Source: Candidatus Magasanikiibacteriota bacterium
Lineage (GTDB): Bacteria > Patescibacteriota > Patescibacteriia > Magasanikbacterales > UBA922
DNA length: 64,000 bases
Direction: 5' to 3'
Assembly: GCA_002716765.1 (NCBI GenBank)
Contig: PBBY01000016.1
Coordinates: forward strand, 47,322-111,321
How positions within the stretch are numbered: the stretch's first letter is position 1; every line of letters begins with the position of its first letter. Position numbers and translations under genes: made by a program. Positions 1 through 9,474 of this stretch are shown piece after piece. The notes under the pieces were generated by a model. It was not told the DNA's origin and did no database searches. It was given only the letters and a program-made list of their open reading frames with translations.

Positions 1-54
1 CAGACAAAAGAAAATACCCAATCAATGCTATGAGAAACCAAGTCATATATCTAT

Positions 55-1422
55 TTATAATAAATGCACATCCTCTATTTCGCTCTTTTTGTTTCGAAGT
101 ACGACATCCTCTATGTGATACACACCATTTCTTGGCGCGTCCATAAATCCTTCAACTGCAGCCTGCGCAAGCCAACCAGAATCAAGCCAGTCAAATAACC
201 ATTCATCCGTATATCGTGGATCTTCTTGCTCAAAACCGCTCCCAACCGCATGAAGCCACGCTCTATTGTATTCTTCTTGCGACCCAACAGTTGGTGCCAT
301 AATAATAGGAACACCAAGACCTGAATAAAACGATAATTCGCTCGGCTTTGTCCATAATATATCTGTATGACAAAGCTTTTCATTAAATAGTTCAAAATAA
401 CGAAATTTTGACCGATGGAATAAAATCGAGATATTTTTTTTCTGCCGTGCATTCAAGCGTAAATTACGTAATACTTTTGTATAATAATCAAAAACATCAG
501 GTCGGGACCCGGCCACCAAAATAAGTGATACACTTCCCCTTTCTATGCAATCTTTTAAACTTTTTAATATAGTAATCCCTATATCACGCTGTGCTCCAGC
601 GCCACCAACAGCAAACATAATCGTAAGCGGTCTCTTTTCTTTAATATTACAATACTGTTTACCAAGATATTCTTGTAATGTATGCGAGTATTTTTTTTGA
701 TACACACCACGTGGATCGAGCTTTCCAACACGACACCCAAGACTTTTCTTTAATATTCGCAATGTTCCTCTGGTGCCAATATTTTCTTTTGGCAAAGGAA
801 ATCCTGTAACATAGATGTTTTTTTCTTGCACACCATACCGCATTAATCGTTCTTTTACTCGCTTATTTGGTGCAAAATAGTGTATACGACTTGTTTTTGG
901 ATTTAGTGGCGCCCACGCTCTACTTACATCGCTGTCGGTGCACAAACAATAAATGTCTCCTGTGTATCCATGCTCTTCGGCAAAAAAAGCAGTGGTAAAA
1001 AAGGTGGTAATATATGGCAGCGGCTCTTTATTGAGTTTTTCTATTAAATCTTTTCCCCAACCCTTTTTAATGGCCCCATACACTTGGCGTAATTGTGCTG
1101 TTGGTCTAGATAAATCTCTTTTTGGATAAAATGGTTTAATTCTTTGTAAATAATCCATGGTACCAAAAACAATCCTTCCGATAATTGGGAGCTTTTTCAT
1201 TCGCGAGATCGTTTCGTACAAACCCCTACCACCTTCCCAACGTCTTTTGTCGCTATTAGGAACCCCCGGATATGTGTTAGCACAAATTACATCGGATCCG
1301 TTATGTTTTTTAATGGAACGAGGTCGTGTTGCAATGTCTTTTAGGGGGTATGCTGCCCGTTGATGCCCATATCCCATGTCTACCGTTACAACATATACCT
1401 TTTTTCCTCCTTTTTTTGCCAT
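55..1422 (-). CDS. Family-28-like glycosyltransferase (MGDG synthase / UgtP-like diacylglycerol glycosyltransferase)
   Basis: N-terminus MAKKGGKKVYVVTVDMGYGHQRAA resembles the UgtP/MGDG-synthase N-terminal G-x-G-H motif. Length (455 aa) and C-terminal GGAGAQ region fit GT-B fold glycosyltransferases. Confidence 0.5.
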   Translation of the reverse strand: MAKKGGKKVYVVTVDMGYGHQRAAYPLKDIATRPRSIKKHNGSDVICANTYPGVPNSDKRRWEGGRGLYETISRMKKLPIIGRIVFGTMDYLQRIKPFYPKRDLSRPTAQLRQVYGAIKKGWGKDLIEKLNKEPLPYITTFFTTAFFAEEHGYTGDIYCLCTDSDVSRAWAPLNPKTSRIHYFAPNKRVKERLMRYGVQEKNIYVTGFPLPKENIGTRGTLRILKKSLGCRVGKLDPRGVYQKKYSHTLQEYLGKQYCNIKEKRPLTIMFAVGGAGAQRDIGITILKSLKDCIERGSVSLILVAGSRPDVFDYYTKVLRNLRLNARQKKNISILFHRSKFRYFELFNEKLCHTDILWTKPSELSFYSGLGVPIIMAPTVGSQEEYNRAWLHAVGSGFEQEDPRYTDEWLFDWLDSGWLAQAAVEGFMDAPRNGVYHIEDVVLRNKKSEIEDVHLL

Positions 1423-1424
1423 AA

Positions 1425-3095
1425 TTATTTATTGTTTATAGCAGCTTGAATAAGCCCTTTAAATAATGGGTGTGGATTGAGTGGTTTTGATAAAAACTCT
1501 GGATGGAATTGCACACCAACAAAAAAAGGGTGGTTTGCAAGTTCTACAATCTCTACCAAAGATGATTCGGGATTGGTACCAACTATGCGCAAACCAGCAT
1601 TGTGTACCATTTCTTTATATTCATTATTAAATTCATACCTATGCCGATGACGTTCTGATACACTTTTGCTTTTATAGAGTTTTCTCACTCTTGATCCATG
1701 CTCCAACACACAATCATATGCACCAAGTCGCATGGTCCCACCATATCTATTTTCTTTTACGTGTTTTGCTTGGTGTGGATTAATATGGATAATTGGGTGC
1801 AAAGCTGCATCATCTACTTCAACCGTATGTGCACCTTTTTTTTGTAACACATTTCGCGCAAACTCAACCGTTGCCAGCTGCATACCATAACATATACCTA
1901 GATAAGGAATATGTTTTTTTCTGACATATGAAATAGTATTAATTATTCCTTCTATTCCTCTGGTACCAAATCCTCCGGGAACTATAATACCATTATACTT
2001 ACCAAGAGATCGTAATGTTGCCGGTTTTGCTTCAAATTCTTCTGAGTCAATCCATGTTAGTTTTGGTATAACACCATAATACCAAGCCGCATGCCGAATT
2101 GCTTCTATGACAGAAATATATGAATCAGACAGAGTAAATCCGCCAGAACCAAAATATTTTCCCACAACTCCAATATGTACTTCTTTTTTTGCTTTTTGAA
2201 TTTTTCTTTCTAATACATTCCATCGAGTTAGTTGTGTTTTTCTTGAAGATATTCCCAATGTTTTTAATAATTTGTTTCCAATATGCTGCTCATCCATTAT
2301 TCTTGGAATAGAGTAAATAGAAGAAACATTGGGTGCAGAAATACAATTATCTTTTTTTACTCCACAATGAATGGCGAGTTTTTCTTTTCTTGGTTTGTCG
2401 AGTGCAGCACTACTTCTGGCAATAATCATATCTGGTTGAATTCCAGCACCATTTAATAATCTACATGCTTGTTGTGTTGGTTTTGTTTTCATTTCACCAA
2501 TATGTGATGGAATTGGCAAGTAACTTACCAACACAAATGCCACATCATCTGGATTTGCAAGCTTCATCATTCTGGCGGCCTCTAAAAATAGAATATTTTC
2601 GTATTCACCAACCGTTCCACCAATTTCTATAATAGTAATTTCTGCAGAATTAGCACTACTTGCATGAGTTATTCTTCTGTTTATTTCTTCTGGAATATGT
2701 GGTACCACTTGCACACATTTTCCTTTATATTTCATGCTTCGCTCATTATTAATGACTTCTTGGTACACACGACCAGTTGTCATGTAATTTATTGATGTCA
2801 GGTCAACCTCTAAAAACCTTTCGTAATTTCCCATATCTTGATCTGTCTCGTCTCCATCATTTGTAACAAATACTTCGCCATGTTCTGTTGGGTTCATGGT
2901 CCCAGCATCTACATTTACATAAGGATCTGCTTTTAATGCTGTAACAGAAAAACCTTTTGCCCTAAATATTGCACCCAAAGAAGCAGTGGTTACTCCTTTT
3001 CCAACACCACTCAATACTCCACCAACAACAAAAATATATTTTGGATTTCTCTTTTTCTTATTTCTCATACATGTCAAAATTGTTTTATATTCCAT
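1425..3095 (-). CDS. pyrG: CTP synthase
   Basis: Translation has GGVLSGVGKGVTTASLGAIFRAKGFSVTALKADPYVNVDAGTMNPTEHGEVFVTNDGDETDQDMGNYERFL and a C-terminal glutamine amidotransferase region. The start is uncertain: ORF opens with GTG at 3113, ATG (MEYK) at 3095, ATG (MRNKK) at 3068. Confidence 0.9.
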   Translation of the reverse strand: MEYKTILTCMRNKKKRNPKYIFVVGGVLSGVGKGVTTASLGAIFRAKGFSVTALKADPYVNVDAGTMNPTEHGEVFVTNDGDETDQDMGNYERFLEVDLTSINYMTTGRVYQEVINNERSMKYKGKCVQVVPHIPEEINRRITHASSANSAEITIIEIGGTVGEYENILFLEAARMMKLANPDDVAFVLVSYLPIPSHIGEMKTKPTQQACRLLNGAGIQPDMIIARSSAALDKPRKEKLAIHCGVKKDNCISAPNVSSIYSIPRIMDEQHIGNKLLKTLGISSRKTQLTRWNVLERKIQKAKKEVHIGVVGKYFGSGGFTLSDSYISVIEAIRHAAWYYGVIPKLTWIDSEEFEAKPATLRSLGKYNGIIVPGGFGTRGIEGIINTISYVRKKHIPYLGICYGMQLATVEFARNVLQKKGAHTVEVDDAALHPIIHINPHQAKHVKENRYGGTMRLGAYDCVLEHGSRVRKLYKSKSVSERHRHRYEFNNEYKEMVHNAGLRIVGTNPESSLVEIVELANHPFFVGVQFHPEFLSKPLNPHPLFKGLIQAAINNK

Positions 3096-3156
3096 TATTA
3101 TACCACAAACCACAAAACAAAAAAAGGCAAGATAATTTTGCCTTTTTACTAAACAA

Positions 3157-3600
3157 CTATGCTAAAACTACACAGGTAACACGACACTGGATTTGTTCTA
3201 ATAGCGTAATTTTTACACTATGTGTTCCAGTAGACTTTATTGGATGAGGAAAAGTGACAGCACTTTCTAAAACCTTTACACCAAGTTGCGTGCTAATAGT
3301 GTCAACTATTTTTTTTGGCGTAATAGCGGCATAAAGTGTCCCCTGCTCATTAGCACTCTCTTTTATGGTGATGCTTTTTCCTTTTAACTGCGTGAGTATT
3401 TTTTTGGACTCTTTGCTTTTCTCCCTTTTTATTTTTTGTACCTTCTGTTCTTTTTGTGAAAGGTGTGTTACCACTGCTGCACTTGCTGTTTTTGCTAGTC
3501 CTTTTTTTATAAGGAAGTTTATAGCATACCCATCTGAAACGGTAACAACATCTCCTTTACTACCCGTTCCTTTTACTGATTGTGTAAGAATGACTCTCAT
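3157..3600 (-). CDS. rplI: 50S ribosomal protein L9
   Basis: MRVILTQSVKGTGSKGDVVTVSDGYAINFLIKKGLA is the canonical L9 N-domain. Start taken at the internal ATG (MRVIL) at 3600. Confidence 0.8.
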   Translation of the reverse strand: MRVILTQSVKGTGSKGDVVTVSDGYAINFLIKKGLAKTASAAVVTHLSQKEQKVQKIKREKSKESKKILTQLKGKSITIKESANEQGTLYAAITPKKIVDTISTQLGVKVLESAVTFPHPIKSTGTHSVKITLLEQIQCRVTCVVLA

Positions 3601-3718
3601 ATTATTATAATATATATTAATTACTTGTATTGTAATATACGCTTGCTTTTTATGCAAAAAATTGCTAAGATGAACCTGTTAACGTATATAAATAATAGCT
3701 TAGATTAGCCTAAATTAT

Positions 3719-4567
3719 ATGAAATCAGGATTTGTTTTACTTATTGGCCGTTCAAATGTTGGAAAATCGACACTTCTTAACACACTTGTTGGAACAAAAA
3801 TTGCTGCAACCAGCTTCCGTGCACAACTTACACGTAATATTATTCATGGTGTAATGAATACGCCAGAAGGTCAGGCTATTTTTGTGGATACCCCCGGCAT
3901 GTTTAAACATAAAAAAAGTGAGTTGACTGGAAAATTAACCGAAAAAGTAAAAAATTCATTAGAAGATATAGATGCTATTGTATATATAGTTGACCCAACC
4001 AGAGAAATTGGCGTAGAAGAACGTGCTGTTTATGGTATGATTCGTCATCTAGACATTCCCAAAATTCTTGTTATTAATAAAAGTGACTTACCAGAAAAGG
4101 AAAGAAATCACCAAAAAGCATACGAAGCGTGGTCAAAAGATTTTGAAGCAGTCCTCTCACTTTCTGCGTTACGGGGAAGCCATATTACACCATTAAAAGA
4201 ATTGGTCATGTCTTATCTTCCAGAAGGTCAAGCACTCTATCCAAATGAACAGTTGACTAATGTAGATAATTATTTTTGGGTCGCAGAAATTATACGAGAA
4301 AAAGCATTTTCTGTTTTTGACAAAGAAGTGCCGTACTCTTTAACGGTAAATGTAGAATCAATTGAGGAGAAACCAAATATTTTTGTTATTCAGGCAAATA
4401 TTTTAACGAATGAAGATAGATATAAACGTATTATTATTGGAAAAGGGGGAGGTAAACTCAAAGAAATTGGTCAAATGGCAAGAAAGGAATTAGAACAAGC
4501 CTTGCACAAAAAGGTATTTCTAGAACTGGAAGTAGAAGTAGACAAACACTGGGTTGAGCGTATATAA
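3719..4567 (+). CDS. era: GTPase Era
   Basis: G1 motif GRSNVGKST, DTPG, NKSD, and a KH-domain C-terminus (KGGGKLKEIG). Confidence 0.9.
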   Translation: MKSGFVLLIGRSNVGKSTLLNTLVGTKIAATSFRAQLTRNIIHGVMNTPEGQAIFVDTPGMFKHKKSELTGKLTEKVKNSLEDIDAIVYIVDPTREIGVEERAVYGMIRHLDIPKILVINKSDLPEKERNHQKAYEAWSKDFEAVLSLSALRGSHITPLKELVMSYLPEGQALYPNEQLTNVDNYFWVAEIIREKAFSVFDKEVPYSLTVNVESIEEKPNIFVIQANILTNEDRYKRIIIGKGGGKLKEIGQMARKELEQALHKKVFLELEVEVDKHWVERI

Positions 4568-4599
4568 TACACTAACTACTTATTTCCGCTTTTATTTGT

Positions 4600-5967
4600 A
4601 TGCTTTATCTCTATAATTCACGAACAAAAGAAAAAGAAGCCTTTGTCCCAATTTACGACCATCATGCTAATATGTATACATGCGGACCAACGGTATACAA
4701 TTATGCCCACATTGGAAACTTACGAACCTATATTTTTGAAGATATATTGCGCCGCGTATTAAAATATAATGGGTACAAAGTAAAACATGTCATGAATATT
4801 ACCGACGTTGGTCATTTAACGGATGACGCCGACCAAGGTGAGGATAAAATGGAAAAAGGGTCAAAAAGGGAGGGGAAAACGGCATGGGAAATTGCAGAAT
4901 TTTACGAAAAAGCGTTTAAAAAAGATGTAACGGCACTCAATATTCTTGAACCAACCATATGGTGCAAAGCAACTGATCACATAGAAGAACAAATCGCGAT
5001 GGTTACAGTATTACTAGAAAAAAACCATGCATACAAAACAACTGATGGTATATATTTTGACACCACATCAATTCCCGACTATGGTGAGATAGCTAATATA
5101 CAAAACCAAAAGCTTGATGCCGGATCAAGAGTAGACATGGGGGAAAAAAAGAATATTCATGATTTTGCCTTGTGGAAATTTACAAAAGAAGGTGAAAGCA
5201 GGCAAATGGAATGGGTTGCATTTGAAAAAAAGGGGTTTCCTGGCTGGCATATAGAATGTTCGGCAATGGCCGTAAAATATTTAGGTGAACAATTCGATAT
5301 TCATTGTGGTGGTATCGACCATATTCCCGTTCATCACACAAATGAAGTTGCACAAACCGAAGCGGTAACAGAAAAAAAACCTTGGGTAAAATACTGGCTT
5401 CACGGAGAATTTTTGCTTATTGAAAAAGACAAAATGGCAAAATCGGGAGAAAATTTTATCACCCTCCAAACACTTAAAGAAAAAGGAATTGACCCACTCG
5501 CCTACCGATACTTTCTTCTTCAGGCACATTACAGAAAACAATTACACTTTACATTCGAAGCATTAGAAGCTGCATCCCAAGGATTAAAGCGATTAAAACA
5601 CACCATCGCAAATATCTCAGACGAAGCCGTAGAAGACATGAGCGTGGTTGGGTCATTTTTAGAAGCAATAAACGATGATTTAAATACACCAGAAGCTTTG
5701 GCTATATTGTGGAAAGGGCTGAAAAACAATGTTGTAACAAAAGAGATGGTAACAGATTTTGATAAAGTGTTGGGTCTAAAATTACTAGATTTACAAACGA
5801 AAGAAGAAATCATTCCAGAAAATATACAAATTCTAGCAGAAAAAAGAGCGCAAGCACGAAATAATAAAGACTGGGGATTAAGCGATTCATTACGAGATGA
5901 AATAACAACACTCGGATACGACGTAGAAGACACACCAGATGGGCAGCATCTATATAAACAAGAATAA
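4600..5967 (+). CDS. cysS: Cysteine--tRNA ligase
   Basis: MYTCGPTVYNYAHIGNLRTY (HIGH region) and KMAKSGENF (KMSKS-type) motifs. N-terminus aligns with E. coli CysS. Confidence 0.9.
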   Translation: MLYLYNSRTKEKEAFVPIYDHHANMYTCGPTVYNYAHIGNLRTYIFEDILRRVLKYNGYKVKHVMNITDVGHLTDDADQGEDKMEKGSKREGKTAWEIAEFYEKAFKKDVTALNILEPTIWCKATDHIEEQIAMVTVLLEKNHAYKTTDGIYFDTTSIPDYGEIANIQNQKLDAGSRVDMGEKKNIHDFALWKFTKEGESRQMEWVAFEKKGFPGWHIECSAMAVKYLGEQFDIHCGGIDHIPVHHTNEVAQTEAVTEKKPWVKYWLHGEFLLIEKDKMAKSGENFITLQTLKEKGIDPLAYRYFLLQAHYRKQLHFTFEALEAASQGLKRLKHTIANISDEAVEDMSVVGSFLEAINDDLNTPEALAILWKGLKNNVVTKEMVTDFDKVLGLKLLDLQTKEEIIPENIQILAEKRAQARNNKDWGLSDSLRDEITTLGYDVEDTPDGQHLYKQE

Positions 5968-5987
5968 CAAGAAAAAATTCAACACTT

Positions 5988-6752
5988 ATGCCATTAACAA
6001 TAAAAAAACCAATTGTATTTTTTGACCTAGAAACAACCGGCGTTGACCCGTTTAACGACCGGATCGTTCAAATTGGTTGCATTAGGATTGAGACCAACGG
6101 ATCAAAAACAGAAAAAGAATGGCTTATTAACCCTGGAATTCCCATTCCTGCCGCTGTCTCACAAATCCACGGCATTACAGACGACATGGTAAAAGATTCA
6201 CCACATCTTGGTGATATCGCACAAGAATTAAGAGATATGTTTTTTAGTGTTGACTTAGGTGGGTATAATGCAAAAAATTTCGACATTCCATTATTAGTTC
6301 AGGAATTTTTTCGTATCGGCCTAACACTTAATATTGAAGACATAAAGATCGTGGATCCAATGAAAATATTTCAAATAAAAGAACCACGAACCCTAACCGC
6401 GGCATATAAAAAGTTTTGTAATAAAGAATTGGATAATGCGCATAATGCAATGGCAGATATTCGTGCGACTTTAGCCGTGCTAGAAGCACAAATTGACCAT
6501 TACGAAGATGTGCCAAACACAATCGAAGATATTCATGAATTTTGTTTTCCAACTGATCCGGACGCGTATGATGCAGAGGGAAAACTACGATACATCGATG
6601 GCCATTTAACGATTAATTTTGGGAAAAACAAAGGAAGAACATTGCAAGAACTTGCACTTACCGATCCAACATATTTGGAATGGATTATAAAAGGCTCGTT
6701 TTCCGACATAGTTAAAAAAGCAGTTCGCCAAGTTCTTGGATTTAAGGCATAA
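5988..6752 (+). CDS. DEDDh 3'-5' exonuclease (DnaQ / Pol III epsilon-like)
   Basis: Exo I motif FFDLETTG at N-terminus, and a later HNAMAD (Exo III H-x4-D). Confidence 0.7.
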   Translation: MPLTIKKPIVFFDLETTGVDPFNDRIVQIGCIRIETNGSKTEKEWLINPGIPIPAAVSQIHGITDDMVKDSPHLGDIAQELRDMFFSVDLGGYNAKNFDIPLLVQEFFRIGLTLNIEDIKIVDPMKIFQIKEPRTLTAAYKKFCNKELDNAHNAMADIRATLAVLEAQIDHYEDVPNTIEDIHEFCFPTDPDAYDAEGKLRYIDGHLTINFGKNKGRTLQELALTDPTYLEWIIKGSFSDIVKKAVRQVLGFKA

Positions 6753-6753
6753 A

Positions 6754-7215
6754 TTATTCTCCCAAACACGCCATCTCAATAGCAGTCGCGGCCCATGAAT
6801 CACCGTGACTTTTTTCTCCAACACTTCTTGCAAGTGCTTGTTCTTGATTTAAACAAGTAAGAATGCCAAAAATAATTGGTATGTTTTTTTGCATTTGCAA
6901 ATCCATACACCCACGTGTAACAGCATCGCTAATATATTCAAAATGCATTGTTTCTCCTTTTATAAGCACCCCAATAGGAATAATAGCATCAACATTTTCT
7001 TTTTCTATAAGTCTTTTTGCACCATACACAAGTTCATAAGAGCCAGGAACTTCGTATATAACAATATCTTTTTCTTCTACACCACGATTTTGCAGTCCGC
7101 GAATGATCTGCTCTTTTAGCGCAGTTGTACAAATGGCATTCCACCGTGCAACCACGATCCCAAAACGTAAGGCTTTTCCACTTAAATCCGGACTAAATGT
7201 AACACCCTTTTCCAT
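6754..7215 (-). CDS. ribH: 6,7-dimethyl-8-ribityllumazine synthase
   Basis: 153 aa. RFGIVVARWN..VPGSYELV..HFEY pattern aligns along the length with E. coli RibH. Confidence 0.85.
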   Translation of the reverse strand: MEKGVTFSPDLSGKALRFGIVVARWNAICTTALKEQIIRGLQNRGVEEKDIVIYEVPGSYELVYGAKRLIEKENVDAIIPIGVLIKGETMHFEYISDAVTRGCMDLQMQKNIPIIFGILTCLNQEQALARSVGEKSHGDSWAATAIEMACLGE

Positions 7216-7218
7216 ATG

Positions 7219-7845
7219 TTATATGTTAATTTTATGTTGTAATAAAAATGATTCTACGGTTGAAACAATAGCTTGTGTTTGTGCATCTATTTCTACATTA
7301 ACCAAATCTCCCACTTTTCGCGTTCCAAACAATGTATTTTCTAATGTATGCGGGATAAAGCACACAGAAAATTCCCCCTTTTCTGTGTTTGGGCTTACTA
7401 CTGTTAAACTACACCCATCTATTGCAATAAATCCTTTTTCAAGAATATATTTCATCCAAGTAACTGGCACAGAAAAGCGAATCTCCTTTCCAGAGTCTTT
7501 ATTTTCTATTATGCTAGAAATTTTAGCCGTACCATACACATGACCAGAAAGAATGTGGCCTCCTATTTCATCTGTCACTTTTGCGCTTCGTTCAAAATGA
7601 ACGTCATCTCCAACAGACAATAGCTCTAAATTAGTCTTTTTTCTTGTTTCTTGTATTATGTCACAACTCATCATACTACCCATTAGACTAGAAACAGTTA
7701 GGCACACGCCGTTTATTGCCACACTTGCACCAACAACTAACCCTTCCGAAATAGTTTCGGGGAGTATAAAAAAAAGCGAAGTAATCCCCGCCTTTTGATT
7801 GTGTTTTACCAATGATATTTTGGTATAAACTATACCAGTATACAT
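7219..7845 (-). CDS. ribE: Riboflavin synthase alpha subunit
   Basis: MYTGIV N-terminus, GASVAINGVCLTV and IAIDGCSLTV (duplicated lumazine-binding repeats). Start set at MYTGIV. Confidence 0.85.
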   Translation of the reverse strand: MYTGIVYTKISLVKHNQKAGITSLFFILPETISEGLVVGASVAINGVCLTVSSLMGSMMSCDIIQETRKKTNLELLSVGDDVHFERSAKVTDEIGGHILSGHVYGTAKISSIIENKDSGKEIRFSVPVTWMKYILEKGFIAIDGCSLTVVSPNTEKGEFSVCFIPHTLENTLFGTRKVGDLVNVEIDAQTQAIVSTVESFLLQHKINI

Positions 7846-7849
7846 ACTA

Positions 7850-8218
7850 TCAATTACTGTGATATGAATCAAAAAATGAACGTACTTTTTCTATGGCAAA
7901 TATCACAACACTTTTAAGAGTTGTCTTCCCAGAACATGGGATAATCGGACAAATAAAGGAAAGGTATTGTACCGCAATCTCTTTTCCATATAAATCAAGA
8001 TCTTGATCAAGGACATGAACCTCCACCTTTTCCCCATCTCTTGAAATAATAAGTGCACTATTATAAAAAACGTTGTCTATGATAGTAAGTGCCGCATACA
8101 CACCATCATCTAAATTAAGTATTTTAGGAGGAATAGCAAGGTTTGCTGTAGGAAAACCAAGAACACGCGCAAACTGTTCGCCTTGAATTACCATTGCGGT
8201 AAACATATTATTCTCCAT
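7850..8218 (-). CDS. Riboflavin kinase domain protein (monofunctional, no FAD synthetase domain)
   Basis: 122 aa with a GFPTANL motif typical of the riboflavin kinase domain of RibF. There is no N-terminal FMN adenylyltransferase domain. Confidence 0.7.
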   Translation of the reverse strand: MENNMFTAMVIQGEQFARVLGFPTANLAIPPKILNLDDGVYAALTIIDNVFYNSALIISRDGEKVEVHVLDQDLDLYGKEIAVQYLSFICPIIPCSGKTTLKSVVIFAIEKVRSFFDSYHSN

Positions 8219-9473
8219 GCTGAGTAATACGATTTGATTGTAATTCTTCTAATGCTCGCTCAATACCTAAATCTTTAAAGCCGTTCTCAAATTCTTCTCC
8301 TTTTTGGAACATTTCTTCTAAAACAATATCTGGCTCTATTCCCTCCTTGTCGATCCCTCTATTTTCTGGAGTAAACCATTTTGCAACAGTAAGTTTTAGT
8401 GCTGAACCATCTGGAAATTCTTCATAACTTTGTACCGACCCCTTACCAAATGTTTTGGTTCCAATTATAACAGCTTTTTTGTAATCCTGCAAAGCTCCAG
8501 CAACAATTTCTGAACCGGATGCAGTTCCTTTGTCTACTAGGATAACTGTTGGTATTTGTGCCAACCTATTTGCACCAGTTGCTACATATTCTTTTGTATT
8601 TTCCTTACTTTGAAATACTTCTCGAACAACAACCCCTTCCTCCACCCATTCGCTTGCAACCAAAACAGCGGTCTGCAAGAATCCGCCAGGATTACTTCGT
8701 AAATCTAATATAATACCTTTTGGGCTTTCATGTAGCAATTCTTTTACTTTTGTATTAAACTGATTTAATGTATCTTCGTTAAAGTAACTAATACGCAAAT
8801 ATGCAATATTGTTTTCTTTTTGTTCCCATAAGACTGTTGGGATAGTAATAACTTCTCGTACGATTGACACCTGTTCTACTGCATCCAATCCATTACGCGA
8901 TACAGTAAGCACAACCATAGTACCTGGTTTTCCTTTTATGATTTTTACGGCTTCTTCTACAGTTAGCCCTCGTGTCTCTGTGCCGTCTACTGCTAAAATT
9001 TTATCTCCGGAAGCAAGCCCCGATTTTTCTGCAGGAGTTTCTGGAAGTGGTGCAATAACAACCAGCTGCTCATCTCGAATACCAATTTCTGCACCAATCC
9101 CCCCAAATTCTCCGGATAATCCTTCGGAAAACACCTTTGCTTTTACTGGTGGTAAATATACCGAATGCTCATCATTTAATCCTGCGACCATACCTTTGAT
9201 AGCACCATGATAGAGTGGTGTCTCATCGACCGGCTGATCAACATAATTTGCTCGTACCGTTTTCCAAATCTTCCAAAACTGATTAAAGTCTATGTCTTCT
9301 GTTTGTGCTTTTTCTTTTGTATTTACCACCTGCCCTCTTACCTCAATCGAGGATTGCGATTCTTGTACGAAACCATTTTCAGCGGACCCAATATGAAAAC
9401 CAAAGAAAAAAGACAGGCAAATTGTACCAGCAATAGATAAAATAAGAATGGTATTTTTTTTAGCACAATGCAT
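8208..9473 (-). CDS. ctpA: Carboxyl-terminal processing peptidase (S41)
   Basis: N-terminal signal/TM, PDZ-like region, LRSNPGG and TASGSEI motifs of S41 peptidases. Confidence 0.8.
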   Translation of the reverse strand: MHCAKKNTILILSIAGTICLSFFFGFHIGSAENGFVQESQSSIEVRGQVVNTKEKAQTEDIDFNQFWKIWKTVRANYVDQPVDETPLYHGAIKGMVAGLNDEHSVYLPPVKAKVFSEGLSGEFGGIGAEIGIRDEQLVVIAPLPETPAEKSGLASGDKILAVDGTETRGLTVEEAVKIIKGKPGTMVVLTVSRNGLDAVEQVSIVREVITIPTVLWEQKENNIAYLRISYFNEDTLNQFNTKVKELLHESPKGIILDLRSNPGGFLQTAVLVASEWVEEGVVVREVFQSKENTKEYVATGANRLAQIPTVILVDKGTASGSEIVAGALQDYKKAVIIGTKTFGKGSVQSYEEFPDGSALKLTVAKWFTPENRGIDKEGIEPDIVLEEMFQKGEEFENGFKDLGIERALEELQSNRITQHGE

Positions 9474-9474
9474 A

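Noticed and set aside
3593-3602. TATAAT-like hexamers within 3 nt of start codons (pyrG MEYK, rplI, atpF, atpE), raising the idea of leaderless or unusual initiation
   Set aside because: The spacing is too short for a functional -10 relative to a leaderless transcription start. In about 35% GC DNA, TATAAT-like strings next to ATG are expected by chance.
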